Of a DNA stretch of 35,657 nt, positions 27,990 through 35,657 are shown piece after piece. The translations under genes and the position numbers were made by a program. The notes beneath the pieces are model-generated. The model searched no databases. It was not told the origin of the DNA and saw only the letters and a list, made by a program, of their open reading frames with translations. Origin of the DNA: Candidatus Limnocylindrales bacterium (lineage in GTDB: Bacteria; Chloroflexota; Limnocylindria; Limnocylindrales; CSP1-4). The stretch lies in contig JBBQFS010000003.1 in NCBI GenBank assembly GCA_038322255.1, forward strand, positions 1 to 35,657, written 5' to 3'. Within the stretch, counting starts at the first letter, position 1, and the number at the start of each line of letters is the position of its first letter.

Positions 27990-30331
27990 CCGCGCCCGCC
28001 GTCAGCCTCCCCGCGCCGTCCGCGCTCGACCTGCTTCGCCGCATCTCCCTGCGGCCGGTCGAGGGCTGGCTGACGCTCCTCCCGACGGCGATCATGGTCA
28101 TGGTCTTCGGCTTCTCGCTCCAGGATGCCGGCTGGATCCCGGGACGCCCCGAAGATGCCAGCTTCCTGACGTGGATCGGCCTCGTCGGTCTCGCGCTCGG
28201 CGTGGTCGGGGCCAAGGTTGGCTGGGGTCGATGGCGGACTCACTTCGTGGGGGCGCTGTTTGCCGGGCTGTTCCTGTCGCTCCTCGTCGGCGGCATCGTG
28301 CTCGGCGGCCAGGCTGGCTGGGACCCCCGAAGCCTGGCCGACCGGCTCCTCGCCTGGTTCAGCGTCGCGCAGCGGATCTGGTTCGACCTGGCGGTCCAGA
28401 ACCGCCCCTTCACGGACGAGTACGCGCACTACTACATGGTCTTCGGCGGCCTCGTCTGGGCCGCGGGCCAGCTGGCCGGCTTCACCGTCTTCGGCCATCG
28501 CCGTCCGCTCGACGCAGTCGTCGTCATCGGGCTCGCGATCCTCGCCAACATGGCCCTCACGAGCCACGACCAGCTGTACCTGCTCGTGGCGTTCACGGCT
28601 GCCGCGCTGCTGCTGCTCGTCCGGACCCACGTCTTCGACGAGCAGGTCACCTGGGCGCGCCGCAAGATCGGCGATCCGGCCGCCGTCGGCCAGATGTACA
28701 TCCAGGGTGGCTCGGCCTTCGTGATCGCCGCCATCCTCGGCTCGATCCTGCTCACGGCGACCGCATCGTCCGCCCCGCTCCAGGGAGTCTGGGCGGAGCT
28801 GCCCTCGAAGCTCCAGGGCATCACGGAATGGATCCTGCGTTTTGCCCCCACAGGCGGCGACCCCAGGTCGCCCAACACGATCAGCTTCAACAAGGACGCG
28901 CGCACGACCGGCCTGTGGACTCGCAGCGACGCCGTCGCGTTCCGGGCCCAGGTCGGGAGCGGTGAGGGCCGCGAGTTCAAGTGGCGCGCCGGCACCTACG
29001 CCGACTACACCACGTTCGGCTGGTCGTGGGGGCCCACCCACGAGATCCCGACGGCTGCCGGAGGCACCCTGCTCGCCCAGCAGGCCGATGCACCGACCGC
29101 GATCGGACGCCGCGAGGTCCGCATCGAGATCACCCCGGCCGGCTATCGCGATGCCACGATCCTTTCGCCAAACACGCTCAAGTCGGTCGACAAATCTGCC
29201 GTCGCCGTCGTGCGCGGCGCGGACGGCTGGTTCACGACCGTGCAATCTAGCGATTCGCTGGACAGCTACAAGGTGTCCGCCCTGATCCCGGAGCTGCAGG
29301 ATGTGCAGGGCGGCATCACCGAGGCGCGCCTCCGGGCCGCGGGCACGACGTATCCCGCCGAGGTCGAGGCCATCTACAAGCCGCTGCCGCCCGATGCCCT
29401 CGGCCGGGCCTCGAGCGCGCTCCTCGACGACATCCGGGCGGCGGTCCGGACACCGCCCGGTGCCGACCCGGCCAACGTCTATGACCTCGCCCGGACGATG
29501 GAGAGCTACCTCCGCAGCGCCGATCACTTCACCTACGACGACGACGTCCGCATCCCGAAGCAAACGCAATGCGGCGGCGTCTCGACGGTCGAGTGCTTCG
29601 CGATCATCAAGCGCGGCTATTGCGAGTACTACGCGAGTGCGATGGCCGTTCTCCTCCGGGCGTCGGGCGTTCCGGCCCGGATCGCGTACGGCTTCCTCCA
29701 CGGTCCACGCGACGCCAACGGCCTCGAGGTCGTCCCGGCATCGGCCGCGCACTGGTGGGTCGAGGTCTACTTCCCCGGGACTGGCTGGGTCGAGTTCGAT
29801 CCGACCGGCGGCGTCGGCCAGCCACAGGCCATCCCTTCGGGCTCGGTCGGGCCGGCAACCCCGCGACCGAGCCGGACGCCGACGCCCTCCCGCGTCGCAA
29901 CGCTCCCGCCCGGTGCGGGCGTCACCACGCCGACCACGCCGGGCACCGGCATCGGCCCGTTCATCGCCATCGCCATCATCCTGGCGATCGGGGTCGGCGC
30001 GCTGGCCCTGGCCGCCTACCGGCGGACACCGAACAAGCCGATGCACCCCGATCAGGCCTGGGGCTCGGTGGCGAGGCTCGCCGCCCGCGTCGGGCTCGGC
30101 CCGAAGCCATCGCAGACCGTCTACGAGTACGCCGGTGCCCTGGGCGACGTGGTGCCCGCCGCGCGCATCGAGCTGACGACGATCGCGCGGGCGAAGGTCG
30201 AGGTCGCCTACGGCAAACGTGACCTCGGCGCGGATCGCCTTCGCCGCATCGCGCAGGCCTACCACCGCTTGCGCTTCGCGATCCTGGGGGTGATCCTCCG
30301 CCGCGGGCTGAGGCGGCGCAGGCGCCCCTAG
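27986..30331 (+). CDS. Membrane transglutaminase-like protein (TgpA-like)
   Basis: ATGA coupling to the DUF58 gene, multi-TM N-terminus, catalytic triad GYCEYY / AHWWVEVY / FDPT, Pro/Thr linker, TM helix and DUF4129-like tail. Confidence 0.9.
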   Translation: MTAPAVSLPAPSALDLLRRISLRPVEGWLTLLPTAIMVMVFGFSLQDAGWIPGRPEDASFLTWIGLVGLALGVVGAKVGWGRWRTHFVGALFAGLFLSLLVGGIVLGGQAGWDPRSLADRLLAWFSVAQRIWFDLAVQNRPFTDEYAHYYMVFGGLVWAAGQLAGFTVFGHRRPLDAVVVIGLAILANMALTSHDQLYLLVAFTAAALLLLVRTHVFDEQVTWARRKIGDPAAVGQMYIQGGSAFVIAAILGSILLTATASSAPLQGVWAELPSKLQGITEWILRFAPTGGDPRSPNTISFNKDARTTGLWTRSDAVAFRAQVGSGEGREFKWRAGTYADYTTFGWSWGPTHEIPTAAGGTLLAQQADAPTAIGRREVRIEITPAGYRDATILSPNTLKSVDKSAVAVVRGADGWFTTVQSSDSLDSYKVSALIPELQDVQGGITEARLRAAGTTYPAEVEAIYKPLPPDALGRASSALLDDIRAAVRTPPGADPANVYDLARTMESYLRSADHFTYDDDVRIPKQTQCGGVSTVECFAIIKRGYCEYYASAMAVLLRASGVPARIAYGFLHGPRDANGLEVVPASAAHWWVEVYFPGTGWVEFDPTGGVGQPQAIPSGSVGPATPRPSRTPTPSRVATLPPGAGVTTPTTPGTGIGPFIAIAIILAIGVGALALAAYRRTPNKPMHPDQAWGSVARLAARVGLGPKPSQTVYEYAGALGDVVPAARIELTTIARAKVEVAYGKRDLGADRLRRIAQAYHRLRFAILGVILRRGLRRRRRP

Positions 30332-30374
30332 GACTCTCGCCCCCGCGCCTCTGATCCGACCGGCCGCGCTCCCG

Positions 30375-31289
30375 CTACAAGGCGCCTGAACGGCTCCGGT
30401 CGGCGGCCGCCGGCTCGGGATCGACGAGCCCGGCGAGGTGGTCCGTGGCGTTGTGCAGCCGGAGCCTCGGTCGCCCGGAGCGAATCTCGACGACGCTGAT
30501 GCCGCAGAGCGCGAATGGCAGCGTCCAGAAGCGGGCCAGGGGCATGTCGAGCAACGTCAGCAGCGCGACCTTGAACACCCCGTCGTGGCCGACGACGATC
30601 GACCACGGCTCGTCCGCCGGCCCGTCGGCGTAGCCAAGGACCGGCGAGCGCCCCGGAGCCCTGACCGGCGCCACGGTCGCCAGGTCCGCGAGGAGCCCGC
30701 GGAGCGCGACCCTGACCCGGGCGTCGACTTCGGCGAGCGACTCGCCGCCGGGGGCCCACGCGCTCAGGGGATCGCGCCGCCAGCCTTCGAGCACCTCGCC
30801 CCAGCGCTCGACGACCACGGTGCCGGCGAGGCCCTCCCACTCGCCCTGCCCGATCTCGAGCAGGCCGGGCTCGGGGCGCACGGGCACGGGTGCGGCCACG
30901 GCATCCTCACCGCGACCGCCGTTCACGGCGCGGCCGATGAGCTCGGCCGTCTCCGTGGCTCGCAACAGCGGCGAATGGACGATCGAATGGGGCGCGCCGG
31001 CCGGCAGGGGGAGCAGGGGACGTCGCGCGCGACGCGCGATCCGGCGAGCGGTCAGCAGCGCCTGCCGCCGGCCGAGCTGCGTCAGCAGCGAGTCTCCCTG
31101 TCCCTGGAACAGGCCCTGGGCGACCCACTCCGATTCGCCGTGGCGAACGAATGCGATGACGGCATCGAGACCATCGGGGATGATCGAAGGCGTCGGCTCT
31201 CCGGGCGCAGGCTCGATGGCGCCCGGTCGGCCGGCGCCGGGCTCGATCGAGCCCGGTTCGCTCGCCGCACGTGCCTCGCCCGCCGTCAA
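30375..31289 (-). CDS. Histidine phosphatase (PGM-like), probable metal-independent phosphoserine phosphatase
   Basis: RHGESEW, SPLLRA, LEIGQGEWEG, PGGES, VGHDG, HNATDHL. TTG start at 31289 overlaps the serA stop. Confidence 0.85.
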   Translation of the reverse strand: MTAGEARAASEPGSIEPGAGRPGAIEPAPGEPTPSIIPDGLDAVIAFVRHGESEWVAQGLFQGQGDSLLTQLGRRQALLTARRIARRARRPLLPLPAGAPHSIVHSPLLRATETAELIGRAVNGGRGEDAVAAPVPVRPEPGLLEIGQGEWEGLAGTVVVERWGEVLEGWRRDPLSAWAPGGESLAEVDARVRVALRGLLADLATVAPVRAPGRSPVLGYADGPADEPWSIVVGHDGVFKVALLTLLDMPLARFWTLPFALCGISVVEIRSGRPRLRLHNATDHLAGLVDPEPAAADRSRSGAL

Positions 31290-32920
31290 CGGTGGCTTCC
31301 GAGCCGGATCGTCCAGAGGTCGTGGACACCCTCGTCGGCGCGAAGCGCGGCCTCGAGGTCGGGGTGCACGGCGTCGTCGACCGAGAGGATCATGAGCGCG
31401 TCCGCCCGCGGTGCCGAGCGGGCGAGGTGCATCGCGCTGATGTTGACGTCGGCCGCCCCGAGCAGCTGGCCGATTCGCCCGATCGTTCCCGGCCGATCCC
31501 GATGTCGGGTGATCAGCATCAGGTCGGCCGCCGCCATGTCCAGCCGGTAGTCGTTGAGCCGAACGAGCCGCATCTCGCCGGCGGCGAGGGTCCCGCCGAC
31601 CGTGACGTGCCCGCCGCGGACCGTGCCCGAGACCGTGATCGCAGCGGGGAACCCGCCGGCGTCCGACGTCTTTCGCTCCACGACCGCGATCCCGCGGGCC
31701 CGAGCCAGGATCGCCGCATTGACGAGGTTGACGCGCTCGGTCGTGCCCGTCTCGAGGAGGCCCCGCAGCGCCGCCGCGGTGAGCGGCGCCGATTCTGTCC
31801 GAGCCAGGTCGCCCGCCAGCTCCACGGTGAACGTGCCGACGCCGGCCCGCGCGAACTGTGCCAGGAACTTGCCGAGGGTCTCCGCGAGCGGCAGGTACGG
31901 CCCGATCGTCTGCTCGGCCTCGGCGGAGAGCAGGGGAGCGTTCACGGCGTAGCGGGCTGGCCGCCCGTCGAGCACGTCGAGGACCTGCTCGGCGATCTCC
32001 TCCGCGACTGCGACCTGGGCCTCCGCGGTGGAGGCCCCGAGATGGGGTGTGAGGACGGTGTTTGGCGCGTCGAGCAGCGGCGAGCCGGTTGGCGGCTCGT
32101 GCTCGAAGACATCGATCCCGGCGCCGCCGAGGCGACCCTCGCGCAGTGCCGCGGCGAGCGCCGCCTCGTCGACGATCCCGCCGCGCGCGACGTTGAGCAC
32201 GAACGCGCCGGGCTTCATGCGGCCGATGGCCTTGGCGTCGATCAGCGCCGTGGTCGAGCGCGTGAGCGGGACGTGGACCGTAATGGCGTCCGATTGCTCC
32301 AGCAACGCGGTGAGATCGATGAGCTCGACGCCCCGCAGCGCGGCCTGCTCGGCAGTCACGTAGGGGTCGCTGCCCAGCAGGATCATCCCGAGGCCACGGG
32401 CGCGCTCGGCAATGGCCATCCCGATCTTGCCCAGCCCGATGATGCCCAGCGTCCGGCCCCGGAGCTGAACGCCCTGAAGCGAGCCGCGAGCCCACTCGCC
32501 GCGCCGGATCGAGGCATCCGCAGCGGGGACGCGCCGGGCCAGCGCAAGGAGCAGCGCGATCGTGTGCTCGGCCGCGGCGATCGTGTTGCCAGTCGGCGCG
32601 TTGACGACCGTGATACCCGCGCGCGTGGCCGCGTCCAGGTCAACGTTGTCGACGCCCACGCCCGCCCGGCCGATCACCTGGAGCCGCGGCGCGGCGGCGA
32701 TCAGGGCCGCATCGACTGCGACCTGGCTTCGTACGACCAGTGCGTCGTAGTCCCCGACGATGGCCCGTAGCTCCTCGTCGGACAGGCCGGTCCGGACGTC
32801 GACCGCATGGCGCTCGCGAAGCGCCTCGACGCCTTCGGGCGCGATTGCCTCGGCGACCAGCACCCGCAGCGTCGCGGGTTGGTCCTGGGGTGGTGCGGCG
32901 GCGGGACTCGTGACGGTCAA
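31286..32920 (-). CDS. serA: D-3-phosphoglycerate dehydrogenase, long form with ASB and ACT domains
   Basis: GRAGVGVDNVD, NTIAAAEH, GLGKIG, NVARGG, DVFEHEP, TPHLGAST, ACT motif HRDRPG..NI. Confidence 0.96.
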   Translation of the reverse strand: MTVTSPAAAPPQDQPATLRVLVAEAIAPEGVEALRERHAVDVRTGLSDEELRAIVGDYDALVVRSQVAVDAALIAAAPRLQVIGRAGVGVDNVDLDAATRAGITVVNAPTGNTIAAAEHTIALLLALARRVPAADASIRRGEWARGSLQGVQLRGRTLGIIGLGKIGMAIAERARGLGMILLGSDPYVTAEQAALRGVELIDLTALLEQSDAITVHVPLTRSTTALIDAKAIGRMKPGAFVLNVARGGIVDEAALAAALREGRLGGAGIDVFEHEPPTGSPLLDAPNTVLTPHLGASTAEAQVAVAEEIAEQVLDVLDGRPARYAVNAPLLSAEAEQTIGPYLPLAETLGKFLAQFARAGVGTFTVELAGDLARTESAPLTAAALRGLLETGTTERVNLVNAAILARARGIAVVERKTSDAGGFPAAITVSGTVRGGHVTVGGTLAAGEMRLVRLNDYRLDMAAADLMLITRHRDRPGTIGRIGQLLGAADVNISAMHLARSAPRADALMILSVDDAVHPDLEAALRADEGVHDLWTIRLGSHR

Positions 32921-34083
32921 GCCGGCTGCAGCGCGGCCTCCGCGGCAGCTCGCTGCGCGGCCGCCCCGGCAACTCCGGCCTCGACCTCACGACCCCAGGA
33001 GATCGAGACCGCCTCGAGCGTCTCGATGGCCTCGACGATCTCCTCGACGGTGACCGAGCCGAGATGGCCGAGCCGGAAGACCTTGCCGGTGAGCCGGCCC
33101 TGGCCGCCGGCGACGACGAGGTCACGGCGCTTGAGGTCCGCGTTGAAGGCCTTCCAGTCGAGGCCGTCGGGGATCAAGGCGGCGGTGACGGTCTTCGAGC
33201 GGTGGGTCGCCTCCGCGAACAGATCGAAGCCGAGCGCCTGGAGGCCGGCCTGCGCTGCCGCGGCGCAGGCAACGTGACGGGCGAAGACCGCGGCCTGGGT
33301 CTCCTCGTTCATGAGCCGGATGCCCTCGTCGACCTGGAACGCCACCGCGATCGCCGGGGTCCACGGCGTCTCGCCTTCGGCCATGGCGTCGCGATGCTTC
33401 CGGAGGTCGAGGTAGAAGCGCGGCATCCGCGCGATCTCCATCGCCTCCCACGCGCGCTCCGACGCGGCGACCATAGCCAGTCCTGGCGCGGCCATCCAGG
33501 CCTTCTGCGACGCGGTGGCAACGACGTCGATGCCCCAGCCGTCCATGTCGAACGGCACCGCGCCAAGCGAGGAGACGGTGTCGACCAGGATCAGGGCTTC
33601 CGGCGCGAACTCGCGGATGGCTGCGGCGAGCTCGGGGATCGGGTTCATCACCCCGGTGGACGTCTCGTTGTGGGTCAGCAGCACGGCCTTGATGTCGTCG
33701 CCGCGTCCGAGGCGCTCCCGAACCTCATCGGGTGCCGCTGCCCAGCCCCACTCGGCCGAGACCCGATCCACATTGGCGCCATAGGCCTCCGCGATCTTCG
33801 CGAACCGGTCGCCAAAGGCCCCGATCGAGACAGCCAGGACGCGATCGCCCGGGGAGAGGGTATTGACGACCGCGGCCTCGAGCCCGCCGGTGCCGGCGCA
33901 GGACAGGATTGCGATGTCGCCGGAGGTCCCGAAATACGGCTTCATCCCGACCTGGAGGCGGCCCAGCAGGGCTTTGAACTCCGGCCCGCGGTGGTTGATC
34001 ATCTGGCGCGCGCCGGCCTCGCGGACGCTCGGCGGCAGCGAAGTCGGACCGGGGATGCGCAGGTTTGGCTCCGAGCGAGTCAA
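32917..34083 (-). CDS. Class V PLP aminotransferase (alanine-glyoxylate/serine-pyruvate family), probable phosphoserine aminotransferase
   Basis: LRIPGPT, INHRG, HNETSTG, DTVSS, PLP lysine in SQK, RLGHLG. TTG start at 34083 with SD GGAGG. Confidence 0.9.
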   Translation of the reverse strand: MTRSEPNLRIPGPTSLPPSVREAGARQMINHRGPEFKALLGRLQVGMKPYFGTSGDIAILSCAGTGGLEAAVVNTLSPGDRVLAVSIGAFGDRFAKIAEAYGANVDRVSAEWGWAAAPDEVRERLGRGDDIKAVLLTHNETSTGVMNPIPELAAAIREFAPEALILVDTVSSLGAVPFDMDGWGIDVVATASQKAWMAAPGLAMVAASERAWEAMEIARMPRFYLDLRKHRDAMAEGETPWTPAIAVAFQVDEGIRLMNEETQAAVFARHVACAAAAQAGLQALGFDLFAEATHRSKTVTAALIPDGLDWKAFNADLKRRDLVVAGGQGRLTGKVFRLGHLGSVTVEEIVEAIETLEAVSISWGREVEAGVAGAAAQRAAAEAALQPA

Positions 34084-34249
34084 GGGAGGCCTCCGGGTGC
34101 TTGGGCGTCGCCCGGATGGTCGCACGCCCGCGCGCCCGGCGCCATTTGGTGCCTCGCGCCGCGCCGGGAGTCATCTCGACGCCCACGGCGCCGGTCGATA
34201 TGCTGCCCGACCGGGCGGCCGCCGGCCGCTCGATCTCGGGGGCACTGAC

Positions 34250-35275
34250 GTCAGACCGATACCTCGCCGCGGAGTAGCGCTCGTCATCGCGATCCTCGCC
34301 GCTGTCGTGCCGGCCGCCACGGTCGTCGCGGTTGATTCGCCGCCGCCGACCCTCGCGACTGCCGATACCTACAGCGCCACCGAGGACCAGGTCTTGACGG
34401 TCGCCGCGCCGGGGCTGCTGGCCAACGACAACCCAGAGCTGACCTCGTGCGTCGCGAGCGTCGATTCGGCGGGCCTTGCCGGGACCGTCGAATTCCTGCC
34501 CGACGGTTCGTTCTCCTACACGCCGGCTGCCAACTTCAACGGCGCGACGTCCTTCACCTATGGCATGCGGGTGACCGGCGACGCATCCTGCAGCGAACCA
34601 GCCGACAGCCAGGCGGCCGTCACGATCACCGTCGCCGCGGTGAACGACCCACCGACGGCGGCGAATGACACCTTCATGGTCCTCGCGGGCCGGACCCTCA
34701 CTGTTCATGCCCCGGGCATACTCATGAACGACAACGACGTCGACGGCGATCCGCTCACCGCAAGCCTGGTCACCGGGGTGAGCCACGGCACGCTGGTGCT
34801 CGCCTCGAACGGTTCGTTCGCCTATACGCCGCCGAGCGGCTTCCTCGGCCCCGACGGCTTCTCCTATCGGGCCTCGGATGGCTCCGCGACAAGCCCGACG
34901 AGGGTCGTGACCCTGTCCGTCGTCGCGATCCCCACCCCCATCCCGACCCTTGCGCCCACGCCGACGGCGATTCCAACGATCGAGCCCACGGTGGAGCCCA
35001 GCCCGGAGCCGACGCCGGCGGAATCGACAGCCGCCGAGACGACGGTCACCGCGACGCCCTCGCCGGCCGCCACGCTCGCGCCATCGACTCCGGCTTCGCT
35101 CGTGCCGGGCGCGACCCTGGTGCCCGCCCCGGCGGCGGTGGCCGGCGGTGGCCCATCCCTTCCGGCGCTGCTCGTGATCATCCTCTTCGCGGTGCTGGTT
35201 GCGTTCGGTGCAGCGCTCTACGTGCCGCGCTGGCTCAACGCGGCGCGGACCGGCGAGCCGCCCGACGACGACTGA
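34250..35275 (+). CDS. Cell-surface protein with two Ig/cadherin-like (Big_9-type) domains, Pro/Thr stalk and C-terminal TM anchor; start codon uncertain
   Basis: Signal-like RRGVALVIAILAAVVPAATVVA, then DTYSATEDQVLTVAAPGLLAND, VNDPPTAANDTF, NDNDVDGDPLT and GSFxYTP twice. Confidence 0.75.
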   Translation, partial: VRPIPRRGVALVIAILAAVVPAATVVAVDSPPPTLATADTYSATEDQVLTVAAPGLLANDNPELTSCVASVDSAGLAGTVEFLPDGSFSYTPAANFNGATSFTYGMRVTGDASCSEPADSQAAVTITVAAVNDPPTAANDTFMVLAGRTLTVHAPGILMNDNDVDGDPLTASLVTGVSHGTLVLASNGSFAYTPPSGFLGPDGFSYRASDGSATSPTRVVTLSVVAIPTPIPTLAPTPTAIPTIEPTVEPSPEPTPAESTAAETTVTATPSPAATLAPSTPASLVPGATLVPAPAAVAGGGPSLPALLVIILFAVLVAFGAALYVPRWLNAARTGEPPDDD

Positions 35276-35317
35276 CGGTCCGATCGGCGCCACCGGAATC
35301 CCCTCGAAAATATCGGG

Positions 35318-35347
35318 ATGACATCCACCCATCCGCGCGCGTACAGT
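35318..35347 (+). promoter_or_regulatory. Putative sigma70 promoter for the sugar-binding protein gene
   Basis: ATGACA-N18-TACAGT. The -35 sits within the palindrome GGATGACATCC. Confidence 0.4.
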
Positions 35348-35411
35348 GCGGCGCGCGTGGGCGAGCAACCAATTACTGCGTCGCACGAGCACTTGAGGAG
35401 GAGCGCAGAAC

Positions 35412-35657
35412 GTGTTCATTCGAAAATCGGCTGTGATCTTGTCGATCGCGGCCATGGCATTCGCCGCCTGTTCGGGGGCAAAGTCCTCGACTGCGCCGAC
35501 TTCGGCGGCAGCCACTGGCTGCAAGGTCGGCGTCGCCTGGTCCACCTTCCAGGAAGAGCGCTACGGCCTTCGTGACGAACCCGGACTGAAGGGTGCCGTC
35601 GAGGCCGGTGGCGGTACGTACGTCGGGAACGACGCCAAGAACAGCGCGGAGACCCAG
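35412..35657 (+). CDS. Sugar ABC transporter substrate-binding lipoprotein, XylF-like, 5' part (runs off the right edge)
   Basis: Not in the ORF track. SD GAGGAGGA, then MFIRKSAVILSIAAMAFAA-C (lipobox) and KVGVAWSTFQEERYGLRDEPGLKGAVEAGGGTYVGNDAKNSAETQ. Confidence 0.8.
   Translation, partial: MFIRKSAVILSIAAMAFAACSGAKSSTAPTSAAATGCKVGVAWSTFQEERYGLRDEPGLKGAVEAGGGTYVGNDAKNSAETQ

Noticed and set aside
31290-32495. 706-aa ORF suggesting a large fusion to the histidine phosphatase, or a serA frameshift
   Set aside because: The upstream part is an alternative frame of serA with Arg-rich noise; a TTGA-coupled start at 31289 explains the gene.

Overview
A very GC-rich bacterial chromosomal window made up mostly of housekeeping genes. 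The gene content and the T-box suggest Chloroflexota; this is an inference. From left to right: a partial potA-like ABC ATPase (-), mrp/apbC, an MBL hydrolase, cinA, a holin-like/DUF3618-like pair, a secreted protein, tRNA-Leu(TAG)-tig-clpP-clpX, a GGDEF/HD-GYP protein, a T-box riboswitch with valS, and a GH13 alpha-glucosidase. Next come a zinc-ribbon/FmdB/HTH/YihY cluster, a Zn-finger coiled-coil protein divergent from fhaA-fhaB-rodA-pbpA, and MoxR-DUF58-transglutaminase. The right end holds a three-gene serine-synthesis operon (class V aminotransferase, serA, histidine phosphatase), an Ig/cadherin-like surface protein and a partial XylF-like lipoprotein. I saw no mobile element, CRISPR array or rRNA. 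The best novelty candidates are 16.9-20.9 kb (three Cys4 zinc proteins, a small HTH ending in a beta-clamp-like QPGLF motif, and a Zn-capped coiled coil) and the adjacent FHA-SEDS-bPBP cluster that lacks a kinase and phosphatase. All calls come from reading motifs by eye; no searches were run.
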